Positions 49,835-59,953 of a stretch of DNA of 64,000 nt are shown one piece after another. Position numbers and translations under genes: made by a program. Source of the DNA: an uncultured delta proteobacterium (lineage in GTDB: Bacteria; Myxococcota; Myxococcia; Myxococcales; Myxococcaceae); the NCBI GenBank assembly GCA_963796055.1, contig CAWCKH010000004.1, forward strand, positions 2,368,001 to 2,432,000, written 5' to 3'. The stretch's first letter is position 1. Each line of letters opens with the position of its first letter. The notes under the pieces are model-generated. The model ran no database searches, had not been told where the DNA came from, and saw only the letters and a list, made by a program, of their open reading frames with translations.

Positions 49835-51750
49835 GCGCACCCACCGCCTGGCACCTCACCGTGCTCGGGTACCCGGTGGGGCTGGGCGCCCCGGAGTGGC
49901 TCCTGCTCGGCCTGGTGGCACTGGTGGTGGGAGGGCTGGCGGCGGCGGCGGCCGTCCGGCGGCGCGCGCGGGTGCGGCGGCTCCTCGGCGAGCGGCTGGG
50001 GGACAGCCTCGCCCCCGGGGTGGAGGTGGCCCGGCCGGTGGTGCGGGCGCTCTCCACCGGCCTGTCGCTCCTCCTCTTCTCCCTGGCGCTGGCCCAGCCG
50101 CAGTGCGGGAGCCGCGCCGAGCTGACCAGGAAGCGGGGCATCGACGTGGTGGTGGCGCTCGACGCCAGCAAGTCGATGCGCGCGCGCGACGTGCTCCCCA
50201 GCCGGCTGGAGCGGGCCAAGCTGGAGCTGTCCACCCTGCTCGACGAGCTGAAGGGCGACCGGGTGGCCATCGTGGCCTTCGCCGGGGACGCCTTCGTGCA
50301 GTGTCCGCTCACCTCGGACTACGCCGCGGCCAAGCTCTTTCTCAAGGCCATCGACCCCGAGCAGATGCAGGAGGGCGGGACCAACATCGGGGCAGCGCTG
50401 CTCACCGCGCTGCGTGTCTTGGAAGGCGCCGACCGGGGGGCGAAGGACCGGGTGGTGGTGCTGCTCTCGGACGGCGAGGACCTCTCGGGCGAGGTGGGCG
50501 AGGCCATCGAGGCCCTCAAGGCGGCGGGGATCAAGGTCTTCACCGTCGGCATCGGAAGCACCACCGGCGAGCCCATCCCGGTGCTCGACAAGCAGGGCGA
50601 GCGCGCGGGGTACATGAAGGACCCGACGACGGGTCAGACGGTGCTGAGCAAGCTGGACGAGGCCGGCCTCGAGTCCATCGCCCAGGCCACCGGCGGCGAG
50701 TACTTCCACCGGAGCGGCGCGGTGGCCGTCCCCGAGGTCGCCGCCCGCATCGACCGGCTCCAGAAGACCGAGCTCGAGAGCCGAATCACCATCCGCTACG
50801 ACGAGCGGTTCCAGGCATTCCTCCTCCCCGGGCTGGTGCTCCTGGTCCTGGCCATGCTCGCGGGCGCACCGTGGCGGCGGCGTGGCACGGGCGGGCTGCT
50901 CGGCGCAGCGCTGTTGCTTCTCGCCCCGCCGGCGCGGGCGCTCGGCCCGTTCGAGGCCAACCCCCCCGGGGTGGAGCGGGGGCTCAAGGCCTACGACGAC
51001 GGCCGCTTCGAGGACGCGCTGCGCGCGTTCACCGCTGCCGAACAGGAGGCGCCCGGGCACCCCGCGCTGGAGTACAACCGGGGCAACGCGCTGTACCGGC
51101 TGGGGCGGTACGACGAGGCGAGAGAGGCGTACCGGCGGGCGGCCGAGGCCGCGGGTACGTCGCTCAAGGAACGAGACCTGTACAACATGGGCAACGCCCT
51201 GGCGCAGCTCGGTGACACCCAGGGCGCCATCACCGCCTACCGGAAGGCGCTGGTGCTCGAGCCGCGCGACGAGGCGGCCCGGCACAACCTCGAGGTGCTG
51301 CTCCGGAAGATTCCGCCACCGAAGTCACAGTCCGGTGATGGAGGGACGGACGGCGGGCGTCCGGATGGTGGGCCCCAGGACGGAGGCTCGGACGGCGGAC
51401 AGGGCGACGGAGGGCAGAGCGGGGACGGCGGGACGCAGCGCGGTGATGCCGGGACGCGCGGGGGTGGCGACGGCGGGCAGGCCGATGGCGGCTCCCGGGC
51501 GGAGCAGCAGCGCGCCCGAGGCGGCGGGCAGGATGGGGGACCGGACGCGGGCCAGCGCCCGGAGGAGCCCGACGGCGGCGCGCCGGAGCCGGAGGCGCTC
51601 CGGGACGGTGGGGTGGGCAGGGCCGGAGGGTTCGACCGGAGCGAGGCCGAGCGGCTGCTCGATGCCATGCGACAGAACGAAAGGAATCTGCAGCTCTGGC
51701 GGTTCCAGCAGAAGAAGAGGCAAAGAAAGCCCAATGAGAAGGACTGGTAG
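49831..51750 (+). CDS. BatB/BatC-like fusion (VWA + TPR + DGG low-complexity tail)
   Basis: DASKSM MIDAS motif, TPRs (YNRGNALY, YNMGNAL), DGG repeats, C-terminal KDW. Confidence 0.85.
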   Translation: MSAPTAWHLTVLGYPVGLGAPEWLLLGLVALVVGGLAAAAAVRRRARVRRLLGERLGDSLAPGVEVARPVVRALSTGLSLLLFSLALAQPQCGSRAELTRKRGIDVVVALDASKSMRARDVLPSRLERAKLELSTLLDELKGDRVAIVAFAGDAFVQCPLTSDYAAAKLFLKAIDPEQMQEGGTNIGAALLTALRVLEGADRGAKDRVVVLLSDGEDLSGEVGEAIEALKAAGIKVFTVGIGSTTGEPIPVLDKQGERAGYMKDPTTGQTVLSKLDEAGLESIAQATGGEYFHRSGAVAVPEVAARIDRLQKTELESRITIRYDERFQAFLLPGLVLLVLAMLAGAPWRRRGTGGLLGAALLLLAPPARALGPFEANPPGVERGLKAYDDGRFEDALRAFTAAEQEAPGHPALEYNRGNALYRLGRYDEAREAYRRAAEAAGTSLKERDLYNMGNALAQLGDTQGAITAYRKALVLEPRDEAARHNLEVLLRKIPPPKSQSGDGGTDGGRPDGGPQDGGSDGGQGDGGQSGDGGTQRGDAGTRGGGDGGQADGGSRAEQQRARGGGQDGGPDAGQRPEEPDGGAPEPEALRDGGVGRAGGFDRSEAERLLDAMRQNERNLQLWRFQQKKRQRKPNEKDW

Positions 51751-53572
51751 CCACCTCGCCACCGCCGTCGCCCTGCTGCTCGCCGGCTCCGCCCTGGCTG
51801 CGGACGCGCCGGTGGTCACCCAGGAGGTGGACCGCACCGAGGTGGGGACCGACGACATCTTCGTCCTCACCGTGCGGGCCGTCGACGCGCCCTCGGGCTC
51901 CTCGCTCCAGCTGCCGGACACCCCGTCGGTGGAGACCATCGGTACCAGCCGGGGCGTGGAGAGCAGCGTCCGGTTCGGCGGCGGAGGCCCCCGGGTGCAG
52001 CAGATCTCCACGCTCCGGGTCCGGATGCGCGCGCTCAAGCCCGGCAAGCTGGTGCTTCCTCCGGCGGAGCTCCACGCCTCCAGCGGGGTGTTCAAGTCGC
52101 AGTCCGTCACGATGCAGGTCAAGGCCGGCCATGTGCCGGATCCGAACGGTGGGGCGCGGCCGCGGCCGGACCCGCTGGGGATGAGCCCCTTCGGTGGAAG
52201 CGACGACGACAACCCATTCGACGTGTTCCGTCGACGCCAGCAGGCCGCAGGCGAGCGAGACCTCTTCCTCCGCGGCGAGCTGGACAAGAAGGAGGTCTAC
52301 CAGGGCGAGCAGGCCACCTTGTCCCTGTGGATCTACGCCCGCGTCGACCTGAGCCGGGTGGACGCGGTCACCATGCCCAGGCTGGACGGGTTCTGGACCG
52401 AGGACGTGGACACGCCGAAGGAGCTCACCGGCGAGACCCGCACCGTGGACGGGGTGGCCTACCGCGCCTATCTCCTGAGGCGGCTGGCCCTGTTCCCGGT
52501 GAAATCCGGTGCGCGGGAGATCGGCCCGGTCGAGGCGGACATCACCACCGGCTTCCTGTTCGCCGGCCGCCGCGAGCACCGTGCCTCGCAGCCGCTCACC
52601 TTGAAGGTGAAGCCGCTGCCTGCAGGCGCGCCGCCCGGGTTCCAGTCCAGCGCGGTGGGGTCCTGGGCGCTCACCGCCGAGCTGACCTCCGGCCGCACCG
52701 AGCTGGGCACGCCGGTGACCCTCCGTCTGACCGTGGAGGGGCGCGGCAACGTGAAGGATCTGGTGTTGCCGCGGCCGGTGCTGCCGCCCGCGCTCAAGCT
52801 CTACGAGCCCACCAGCACCGACAAGACCTCCACCGTCCGGGGGCGGATCCAGGGACGCCGGACGCAGGAGTTTCTCGTCCTGCCGCAGCAGACCGGCACG
52901 TTCGAGATTCCCCCGCTGGAGCTGGCCTACTTCGACCCGGAGAGCCAGCGGTACGAGCGCACCCGGACCGCGCCGCTCACCCTCGCCGTGGTGCCCGGTG
53001 CCGGGGCCAGCGCGGTGGCCGCCACGCCCGGCCGGAGCGACGAGCCCACGGCCCGCAACGTGCTGAACGCGAGCGCGCTGCGGCCGCTTCGCGTCTCGGC
53101 GGTGCTGGACCGGCCGCCGCCGCCATGGCGCGGGGGGTGGTTCCTGGCGCTGCTCGGGCTGCCGCCGCTGGCCCTCGTCGGGGCGCTGGCCGGACAGGCG
53201 GTGCAGCGACACCGGGCGCGATCGGACCCACGCGGAGAGCGACGGCGCCGGGAGCAGCGTGCGCGCGGACGGCTGGCCGCGCTCCGGACGTCGGGACCCG
53301 AGGTGGACGACGCGGCGTTCTCGGCCGAGGTGGACGCGGCGGTGACCGACCTACTCTCGCTGCGGCTGGGGATGCCGGTCACCGGGCTGACGCGGGAGGC
53401 GCTGCGGGCGCGGCTCGCCGGGGCGGGCGCTTCGCCCGAGCTCCAGGCCCGGGTGGCACGGGTCCAGGATGCTTGCGACGAGGTCCGCTTCGCGCCCGGC
53501 GCCGCGCGGATGGACCGCGCGCTGGTGCTCGCCGACACCGAGGCGCTGGCCGGCGGCTGGGAGGAGGCCTGA
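51734..53572 (+). CDS. batD: BatD-family protein
   Basis: Signal peptide, VYQGEQ, ALFP..SG, VKPLP..F..AVG, G.GN, YFDP and a C-terminal TM helix. Confidence 0.85.
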   Translation: MRRTGSHLATAVALLLAGSALAADAPVVTQEVDRTEVGTDDIFVLTVRAVDAPSGSSLQLPDTPSVETIGTSRGVESSVRFGGGGPRVQQISTLRVRMRALKPGKLVLPPAELHASSGVFKSQSVTMQVKAGHVPDPNGGARPRPDPLGMSPFGGSDDDNPFDVFRRRQQAAGERDLFLRGELDKKEVYQGEQATLSLWIYARVDLSRVDAVTMPRLDGFWTEDVDTPKELTGETRTVDGVAYRAYLLRRLALFPVKSGAREIGPVEADITTGFLFAGRREHRASQPLTLKVKPLPAGAPPGFQSSAVGSWALTAELTSGRTELGTPVTLRLTVEGRGNVKDLVLPRPVLPPALKLYEPTSTDKTSTVRGRIQGRRTQEFLVLPQQTGTFEIPPLELAYFDPESQRYERTRTAPLTLAVVPGAGASAVAATPGRSDEPTARNVLNASALRPLRVSAVLDRPPPPWRGGWFLALLGLPPLALVGALAGQAVQRHRARSDPRGERRRREQRARGRLAALRTSGPEVDDAAFSAEVDAAVTDLLSLRLGMPVTGLTREALRARLAGAGASPELQARVARVQDACDEVRFAPGAARMDRALVLADTEALAGGWEEA

Positions 53573-54264
53573 TGGCCGGCGACTCCCAGCTGCTCTTCCA
53601 GCAGGGTCTGCAGGCCTATGGCCGGGGCGACGTGGCCGCCGCCGAGGACGCATTCCGCACGCTCGTCGAGCGGGGCCACGACGGCCCCGACGTCCTCTAC
53701 AACCTCGGCACCACCGCGCTGGCACAGGGAAAGATCGGGGAGGCGGTGTACGCGCTCGAGCAGGCGCGCCGGGCGGGGGGCGGCTCGGACGTCGATGCCA
53801 ACCTCACCATCGCCCGCGGCAAGCAGCTCGATCAGCTGGTGGGCGCGCAGGGCGAGGAGCCCTTCGTCGAGCGCGTCGCCGTGGCCACCTCTCCGGCCCT
53901 GGCGGGCGGGCTCTTCGCCGGGCTGTGGGCCCTGGGGTTCCTGCTGCTCGCCGCCCGGGTGGTCATGAGGCGCTGGCGGGGCTGGCTGGTCGGTGGGGCA
54001 GTCTCGGCGCTGGCGCTCAGCGCCCCGGCCGGGGCGGTCCTCGCCGCCCACCTCTATACCCAGGAGGCGGTGCGGGAGGGGGTGGTGCTCGCCCGGACGC
54101 TCCCCGTGCACGAGGTCCCCGAGGCGCGGAGCAAGGTGTCCTTCGAGCTCCACCCCGGGGTGAAGCTCCGGATGCTCGACCGCTCGGGGGACTTCGTCCG
54201 CGTGCGCCTCCCCAACGGTCTCGAGGGATGGACGGATCCCGCGGGGGTGTCCCCCCTGCGCTGA
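53572..54264 (+). CDS. BatE-like TPR + SH3 protein
   Basis: YNLG..G.A..LE.A..NL TPR, two TMs, FELHPG..VRLPNG.EGW. Confidence 0.82.
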   Translation: MAGDSQLLFQQGLQAYGRGDVAAAEDAFRTLVERGHDGPDVLYNLGTTALAQGKIGEAVYALEQARRAGGGSDVDANLTIARGKQLDQLVGAQGEEPFVERVAVATSPALAGGLFAGLWALGFLLLAARVVMRRWRGWLVGGAVSALALSAPAGAVLAAHLYTQEAVREGVVLARTLPVHEVPEARSKVSFELHPGVKLRMLDRSGDFVRVRLPNGLEGWTDPAGVSPLR

Positions 54265-54287
54265 GGGCCCTTGCGGTCGGAGAGGAC

Positions 54288-54701
54288 ATGCTACACCTCC
54301 TCCTCCGACCCCTCGTGGACCCCCGCTCTCCGTTCCGGATCCTGGTCGTGGAGGACGAGCCCGTCATCCGGGAGCTCGTGCGGAGCATGCTCGACGACGG
54401 GCAGGTGGTGGTGGAGACCGCGGGCAACGGCACCGAGGGACTCCGGCGGGCCCGCGAGTCTCGCTTCGACCTGGTGCTGCTGGACGTGGTGCTCCCCGGG
54501 ATGGACGGGCTCACGGTCTGCCGGATGCTCAAGGCGGACCCGACCACCGCCCCGGTTCCGCTCTACATGCTGACCGCCAAGACGCGGCGGAGCGACCTCG
54601 AGGCGGCGCTGGCCGCCGGGGCGAACGGGTACATCCACAAGCCGTTCCGCGGCTCCGAGCTGATGGAGCTGGTGGAGCGGCTGCGGACGGGGGAAGGCTA
54701 G
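54288..54701 (+). CDS. Single-domain response regulator
   Basis: ILVVEDE, LLDVVLPGMDG, MLTA, YIHKPF. Confidence 0.88.
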   Translation: MLHLLLRPLVDPRSPFRILVVEDEPVIRELVRSMLDDGQVVVETAGNGTEGLRRARESRFDLVLLDVVLPGMDGLTVCRMLKADPTTAPVPLYMLTAKTRRSDLEAALAAGANGYIHKPFRGSELMELVERLRTGEG

Positions 54702-55024
54702 GGGAGACGGGGGTGGAGGAAGCGGGCGAGGGCGAAGAGGTCGTCCCAGTCCAGCCCGTCGAACTCCAGCGCCACCCCGGTGGAGTCCTGGCGCACCACC
54801 GAGCAGCGCAGCTGCAGCGCCCGGTCACCGGGGAGTGGTAGGGCCACGATCAGCGACTGGCCCACCGGCGCCCGGAGCCCGAGAACGCGGAGGCCCGCGA
54901 GCGAGATGTCCTCGGCCACCGCCTGACGGAGCAGACCCGGCCCGCGGACCTCGACCGGCAGGTGGGCGGCGACGCGCGGATGCTGGCGTTCGCGGATGGA
55001 TCCGAGATCGGGTGTGTCCGGCAT
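54698..55024 (-). CDS. PilZ-domain protein
   Basis: ERQHPR (RxxxR) and DISLAG (DxSxxG). Confidence 0.85.
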   Translation of the reverse strand: MPDTPDLGSIRERQHPRVAAHLPVEVRGPGLLRQAVAEDISLAGLRVLGLRAPVGQSLIVALPLPGDRALQLRCSVVRQDSTGVALEFDGLDWDDLFALARFLHPRLP

Positions 55025-55263
55025 CGCGTGGCTCGGAGCGTGGACGTCCTTCAGGGCCCGAGTGTGAGGGAGGTTCGGCGGCCGGGCAACTTCCTGGGGG
55101 ACCCTCGTGCGGACCCGACCGCGCGTCGCCTCGGCGCGTCTCGCGTGCCGGGCGGTCCGTCCCGGGTCCCGGAGCCTCGGCCGGCCCGTTCTCCCCCGGG
55201 CCCGTGCCGGGCACGATCCGTGAATCGGCCGGGGTCAGGTCCCCACCGGGGGAGGAGGACGGG

Positions 55264-55656
55264 ATGGACACGCCAGTCATCACGGGAGCTGTGGGCGCGC
55301 AGCCGCCACAGAAGAAGGGCTTCGGGGACATCCTCGGGTCGGCGCTGGGCGGGTTCGCCCGTGGGGCCGGCAGCGCGATCTCGGTGCTCTCGCCGCCGGC
55401 GGCGCTGGTGGGGGGCATCGTCTCGGGGCTCGCCTCGGCGGTCTCCGCCATCGCCGGCGGCGGGAGTGCGCCACAGCCCATCCGCTCCGACGCCGATCTC
55501 CTGGCGCTCCTGTCGCAGCCCGGGGAGTTGAGCAGCCAGGACTACCTGCGCATCCAGCAGTACATGCAGGCGGAGGCGCAACAGTTCACCGCCGTGTCCA
55601 ACATCCTCAAGGTCAGGTCGGACTCGGCGAAGGCAGCGATCAACAACATCCGCTAG
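55264..55656 (+). CDS. T3SS-associated small protein, candidate needle/filament subunit
   Basis: GGAGG RBS, C-terminus YLRIQ..Q.FTAVSNILK..DSAKAAINNIR, first gene of the cluster. Confidence 0.55.
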   Translation: MDTPVITGAVGAQPPQKKGFGDILGSALGGFARGAGSAISVLSPPAALVGGIVSGLASAVSAIAGGGSAPQPIRSDADLLALLSQPGELSSQDYLRIQQYMQAEAQQFTAVSNILKVRSDSAKAAINNIR

Positions 55657-55658
55657 CC

Positions 55659-56036
55659 ATGGCCATCGAGCGCATCGGGACAGCGGGGGTCGTGCCCTCG
55701 CCGGAGCGGACGCGGGGTGCCGCGCCGGTCCGGTTCGAGGCGCGGCTCCGGGAGCGTCCGGCCTCGGTGCCCCGACTGGAGATCCAGCCGCGCCGGCTGG
55801 TCCCGGCCCAGCCGCCCCGGGTGGACCCCGGTGCCTGGCTGGGCCGGGTCGCCGCGGCGCAGGCCCGGATGGACCGCATCCTCGCCCTGGCCGCGTCCGG
55901 GCGGACCTTCTCGCCCGCGGAGCTCCTTTCGCTGCAGGCCGGCGTGGCCGAGGCCAGCCAGACGGTGGACCTCGCGGGCAAGCTGCTCGACCGGATCAGC
56001 GGCGGAGTGAAGGCGCTGCTCCAGACGCAGGTGTGA
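55659..56036 (+). CDS. sctI: T3SS inner-rod-like protein (SctI/YscI/HrpB)
   Basis: SPAELLSLQ..VDLAGKLLD..GGVKALLQTQ, directly upstream of sctJ. Confidence 0.7.
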   Translation: MAIERIGTAGVVPSPERTRGAAPVRFEARLRERPASVPRLEIQPRRLVPAQPPRVDPGAWLGRVAAAQARMDRILALAASGRTFSPAELLSLQAGVAEASQTVDLAGKLLDRISGGVKALLQTQV

Positions 56037-56827
56037 CGGTGCGCCGGCCACTGCTCGCGGTGCTGCTGCTGCTGCCGGAGATGGGCTGCTCCACGCGGGT
56101 GCAGCACGGGCTCGACGAGCGGCAGGCCAACGAGATTCAGACCGTGCTGGTGGAGCGCGGCTTCCGGGCGCGGAAGGTGGTGGAGGATGGCCGGCCTCCG
56201 ACCTGGGCGGTGGAGGTGGAGGCGGCCGACGCTGCCGACGCGGTGCGGGTGCTCGCCGAGCAGGGGCTGCCGCGCGCCCGGCCTGCAGGAGTGCGCGAGC
56301 TCCTGAAGCCGGGGCTCGTCCCGGACCCGGTGGAGCAGCACGCGCTGCTCCTCGAGGCGCAGTCCGGCGAGCTGGAGCGGACGCTCGAGGCCGTGGACGG
56401 GGTGGTGTCCGCCCGGGTGCATCTGGTCCGTCCTCAGCTTTCTCGAAATGGGGTGCCCAGCGCGCCGACCAAGGCGGCGGTCTACCTCCGGGCCCAGCCC
56501 GTGGCGACGGCGAAGATCGAGTCGATGAAGGACGAGCTCCGGGCGCTGGTGGCCGGCTCGGTCGAGGCGCTCGAGCCGGCGGCGGTGACCCTGGTCGTCT
56601 CCGAGGTCGTCTCCACCGTGCCGCGGCGCGCGCCAGCGCCGGTGCGGTCGGCGTGGGCGCCGGCCCTGCTCGGCGCCGGCGTGCTCGTGCTCGGTGGAGC
56701 GGCCGGCGGAGGCGCGCTCTGGTTGCGGCGTCGCGCCCGGCGCCGGGGCGTGCAGCCGCCCGGGCCCACGGGGCTTGCGCTCCGGCCGGTGGTCCAGGCG
56801 CCGCTCGTGCGCCGGGAGGCCGGTTGA
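56033..56827 (+). CDS. sctJ: T3SS inner-membrane ring lipoprotein SctJ
   Basis: GC lipobox, HGLDERQANE, GLP, ELERTL..DGVVSARVH, GSVE.L, C-terminal TM helix. Confidence 0.88.
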   Translation: MTVRRPLLAVLLLLPEMGCSTRVQHGLDERQANEIQTVLVERGFRARKVVEDGRPPTWAVEVEAADAADAVRVLAEQGLPRARPAGVRELLKPGLVPDPVEQHALLLEAQSGELERTLEAVDGVVSARVHLVRPQLSRNGVPSAPTKAAVYLRAQPVATAKIESMKDELRALVAGSVEALEPAAVTLVVSEVVSTVPRRAPAPVRSAWAPALLGAGVLVLGGAAGGGALWLRRRARRRGVQPPGPTGLALRPVVQAPLVRREAG

Positions 56828-56838
56828 GCCGTCGGGGG

Positions 56839-57357
56839 ATGCAGGTCGAGGGTCGGCGCTCGCCGGGTGCCGCTGCCGCGGAGAGTCGGGGGCGTGCCGG
56901 GAGCGAGTCCCGGGCGGGAGCCCCGGCCGGGGCTGACGGACTGGAGGACCTGGTGCGGATGGTCTCAGCGCTCGACGCTGAACGAGCCACTGCCCTGCTC
57001 TCGGGCCTCGCCGAGACGCTCCGCCCGCAGGCGCTCAGGCTGCTGGCGTGCATCGAGCGGAGCAGTCGGGCCGACCGTCACGCCGCCCTGGCGAGCGCCT
57101 TTGTGCCCCGGTGCACGGGACGCGCGCCGGTCGACGCCATCCCCGGTCTGCTCGGAGCCGAGGTGCGGAACCAGCTCGCTCCCGGAGCCGCTCCCACCGC
57201 GGCCTCCGGTCCGGAGGCCATGGTGCGCTGGTCCCGGCGCGTGGCGCTCGAGCTGGAGCGTGCCCCGACGATGCCGGGTCGAGCTGCGCTCCCGCCGGGC
57301 CGGCGCGAGTCGGGGGTCACTCCAGCGCCGGGGATGCGCTGTGGACGCAGGCGCTGA
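56839..57357 (+). CDS. Hypothetical protein in the SctK position
   Basis: ORF between sctJ and sctQ. No motif recognised. Confidence 0.5.
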   Translation: MQVEGRRSPGAAAAESRGRAGSESRAGAPAGADGLEDLVRMVSALDAERATALLSGLAETLRPQALRLLACIERSSRADRHAALASAFVPRCTGRAPVDAIPGLLGAEVRNQLAPGAAPTAASGPEAMVRWSRRVALELERAPTMPGRAALPPGRRESGVTPAPGMRCGRRR

Positions 57358-57580
57358 CCCAACGATGCGCGCACGGGGGTGACCCCCGAGCGCGGGCTGC
57401 ATGTACGCCGACGCCCGATGCAGGACGCGAGCGGCGACGCGTTCCGGCGACGCGAGAGCACGGTCCGGAGCCACCGGTGGATGCGCACCTCGACCGTCCC
57501 GGGGTATCGCCGGTCAGTCTCGCGGCCCGGACCCGAGCGCCGGAGCGCTCCCTCTCGCCGCGTCTGGCCCGTGACTCGCA

Positions 57581-58708
57581 ATGGCGGCGGGTTCGATGCG
57601 CGCGCTCTCCGCCCCGAGCACCCGCTGGCCGCTCGTCCGGCTCACCACCCGGAAGCTGGGCCGCGCACGTCTGCTCGTCGACCGACGCCCCGCGCTGCTG
57701 GCCGAGCTCGAGGCGCTCCGGGCGGCGGCCGCCCACGCCGTGACCGACGCGCTGGGCACCGAGGTCCAGCTCACCGCGCGGATGGCGGACACGCCGGTGG
57801 TGCCCGCGCGTGCGCTCGGACACGCGGCGCTCTTCTGCGTGGTGGCGCTCGGGGGGCCCGGCGTCGAGGCGGTGCTGGAGCTGGACCCCAGGCTCGCCGC
57901 CGGGCTCGCGGCCCGGCGCACCGGGGCCCCGGCTCCCGAGGTCCCGGTGCTCGCGGCGACGCGCTTCGAGCGCGCGCTCCTGGCGGAGCTGCTGCTCCGG
58001 CTGCTCGCGGCGCTGCGGGAGGTCCGGGAGCCGGAGTCCCGGTGGCGCCCGCGTCTGGTCGAGGTCGGCGCGGCCCGCGCCGAGGCCGAGCGGCGCCTGG
58101 GCTCCGGTCCGTCGCTCGTCGTCGAGCTGGGAGTGGAGTGTGCCGCGCTTCGCGGGCGCGCCGTGCTCCTCCTCTCCGAGCTGGCCCTGCGTGCCGTGGC
58201 CCTGGCGGTCCCCGGGCCTGTCGCCCCGCCGGGTCCGGTCGCCTCGCGGGTGCGCATCCTGTTCTCGCCGCGCGCTCGCTGCGGGGTGGTCTGGGCGCAC
58301 CAGCTCGCTTCCCTCGCCGGCTCGGCGGTGGTGCTCCCCGGCGCGCGGCTGGTGGACGGAGCGTTGCACGGGCCGCTGGCGCTGGTGCGGCCCGGAGCCG
58401 TCCTCCGCGGCGCGCTCTCCGGCGAGGGCTTTCGCCACTCCGGCGCCGAGCTGCTCCCGCCTTCTCTGGAGGTCACCCACGTGGATCCCGCACTGTCCGA
58501 ACTGCCGGTCGAGCTCGAGGTGGAGCTCGCGCGCGTTGCGCTGTCCCTCGCCGAGGTCTCTGCCCTCCAGCCCGGTGCGGTGGTCCCGCTCCGGGTGAGC
58601 GCCGGCGATCCGGTGTTCCTCCGCGCCGGAGACCGCCGTATCGCCCGGGCCGAGCTGGTGGAGGTGGAGGGCGAGGTCGCCGCCCGCGTCCTGGAGCTCG
58701 TGCCTTGA
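57581..58708 (+). CDS. sctQ: SctQ/FliM-FliN-family sorting platform protein
   Basis: C-terminal SpoA domain LPVELEVELAR..L.PGAVVPL..ARAELVEVEGEVAARV. Confidence 0.8.
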   Translation: MAAGSMRALSAPSTRWPLVRLTTRKLGRARLLVDRRPALLAELEALRAAAAHAVTDALGTEVQLTARMADTPVVPARALGHAALFCVVALGGPGVEAVLELDPRLAAGLAARRTGAPAPEVPVLAATRFERALLAELLLRLLAALREVREPESRWRPRLVEVGAARAEAERRLGSGPSLVVELGVECAALRGRAVLLLSELALRAVALAVPGPVAPPGPVASRVRILFSPRARCGVVWAHQLASLAGSAVVLPGARLVDGALHGPLALVRPGAVLRGALSGEGFRHSGAELLPPSLEVTHVDPALSELPVELEVELARVALSLAEVSALQPGAVVPLRVSAGDPVFLRAGDRRIARAELVEVEGEVAARVLELVP

Positions 58709-59016
58709 GTCTGGCCGTCCATGTCCGCCGCCCCATCGCGCTGCTCGCCCCCCTCGGTGGCGCGGCCCTCATGCTCCTGGTGCTGGGGCCGAACCTCCGC
58801 GGTGGCGCGGCCGCGCTGCTCGCTGCTTCGGCGACCCTGGCGATGCGGCTTCGGCCCGGCGTGTCCTCCCCCGCGGAGCCCCGACCGTTGCGCGTCCTCG
58901 AGCGGCTGCAGCTCGGACCACGCCTCACGGTGGTGCTGGTCGAGACCGCAGGGCGCCGTTACCTCGTCACCACCGGAGCCACGGTGACCCCGCTGCCGCT
59001 GGAGGGGCCGCCGTGA
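58705..59016 (+). CDS. FliO-like protein
   Basis: TM segment then LRVLERLQLGPR..VVLVE..GRRYLV. TTG start overlaps the sctQ stop. Confidence 0.65.
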   Translation: MSLAVHVRRPIALLAPLGGAALMLLVLGPNLRGGAAALLAASATLAMRLRPGVSSPAEPRPLRVLERLQLGPRLTVVLVETAGRRYLVTTGATVTPLPLEGPP

Positions 59017-59690
59017 GCCCGCTCCTCGCCGCGCCCATCCCGCTTCCCGAGCCGGGGGCGAACCCGGTGTCGCTGCTGCTGCTGCTCGCGGGGATGAGCC
59101 TCCTCCCCTTCCTGATGGTGATGGCCACCAGCTTCACCAAGATCAGCGTCGTTCTCTCGCTCACCCGCTCGGCGCTGGGGACGCAGCAGGCCCCGCCCAC
59201 GGTGGTGCTGACCGGGCTCGCCGCGGTGCTCTCGCTGGTGGTGATGAGCCCCGTCGCCGAGGCGATGCTCGCCCGCATTCACGGCGAGCGGCTGCCCTCG
59301 GTCCCGGGCCCGGAGCTGCTCCGGGTCGTCCAGAGCGCCGCCGAGCCGCTGCGTGCCTTCCTCGTCGAGCAGGGCAGCCCCGAGCTCCGGGCCGAGTTCG
59401 CCGCGCTCTCCCGTGAGCTCCACGGCGGCGCGGAGGTGTCGGAGAGCGACCTGGCGGTGGTGGCTCCGGCCTTCGTGCTCTCCGAGCTCAAGCAAGCCTT
59501 CCAGATCGGCTTCCTGGTCTTCCTTCCGTTCCTGGTGGTGGACATGGTGGTGGCCAACGTCCTGCTCGCGCTGGGGATGCAGTCGCTGTCGCCGTCGCAG
59601 GTGAGCCTCCCGTTCAAGGTCCTCCTCTTCGTTGCCGTGGACGGCTGGGCGCTGCTGGCCCGGAGCCTCGTCCAGGGGTACCGGGGATGA
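59013..59690 (+). CDS. sctR: Export apparatus SctR (FliP family)
   Basis: TSFTKISVVL..ALGTQQAPP..PAFVLSELK.AFQIGF..ANVLLALGM..LPFKVLLF..DGW. Confidence 0.93.
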   Translation: MSPLLAAPIPLPEPGANPVSLLLLLAGMSLLPFLMVMATSFTKISVVLSLTRSALGTQQAPPTVVLTGLAAVLSLVVMSPVAEAMLARIHGERLPSVPGPELLRVVQSAAEPLRAFLVEQGSPELRAEFAALSRELHGGAEVSESDLAVVAPAFVLSELKQAFQIGFLVFLPFLVVDMVVANVLLALGMQSLSPSQVSLPFKVLLFVAVDGWALLARSLVQGYRG

Positions 59691-59953
59691 GCATCGAGGC
59701 GCTCCTGGCCGTCGGGCGCGAGGCGCTGGTCCTGATGGTCCTCGCCTCCCTGCCGCCGGTGCTCGCGGGGCTGGTGGTGGGTGTTGGCATGGGGCTGCTC
59801 CAGGCGGTCACCCAGGTGCAGGAGGCGACGCTCTCGGTCGTTCCGCGCCTCTGCGCGGCGCTGCTCGCGCTGGCCGTCGCCTTCCCCTGGATCGGCGGAC
59901 AGCTGCTCCGCTTCACCGCCGCTCTCCTCCAGGCGGCGGGGTCCGTCCGGTGA
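59687..59953 (+). CDS. sctS: Export apparatus SctS (FliQ family)
   Basis: VG..GLLQAVTQVQEATLS.VPR. Confidence 0.9.
   Translation: MSIEALLAVGREALVLMVLASLPPVLAGLVVGVGMGLLQAVTQVQEATLSVVPRLCAALLALAVAFPWIGGQLLRFTAALLQAAGSVR

Noticed and set aside
51330..51620. DGG repeat tract as a separate repeat element
   Set aside because: It is an in-frame low-complexity linker of the BatB/C-like protein.
55209..55224. Sigma-54 promoter for the T3SS cluster (GGCACGATCCGTGA)
   Set aside because: The -12 dinucleotide is GA rather than GC; suggestive only.
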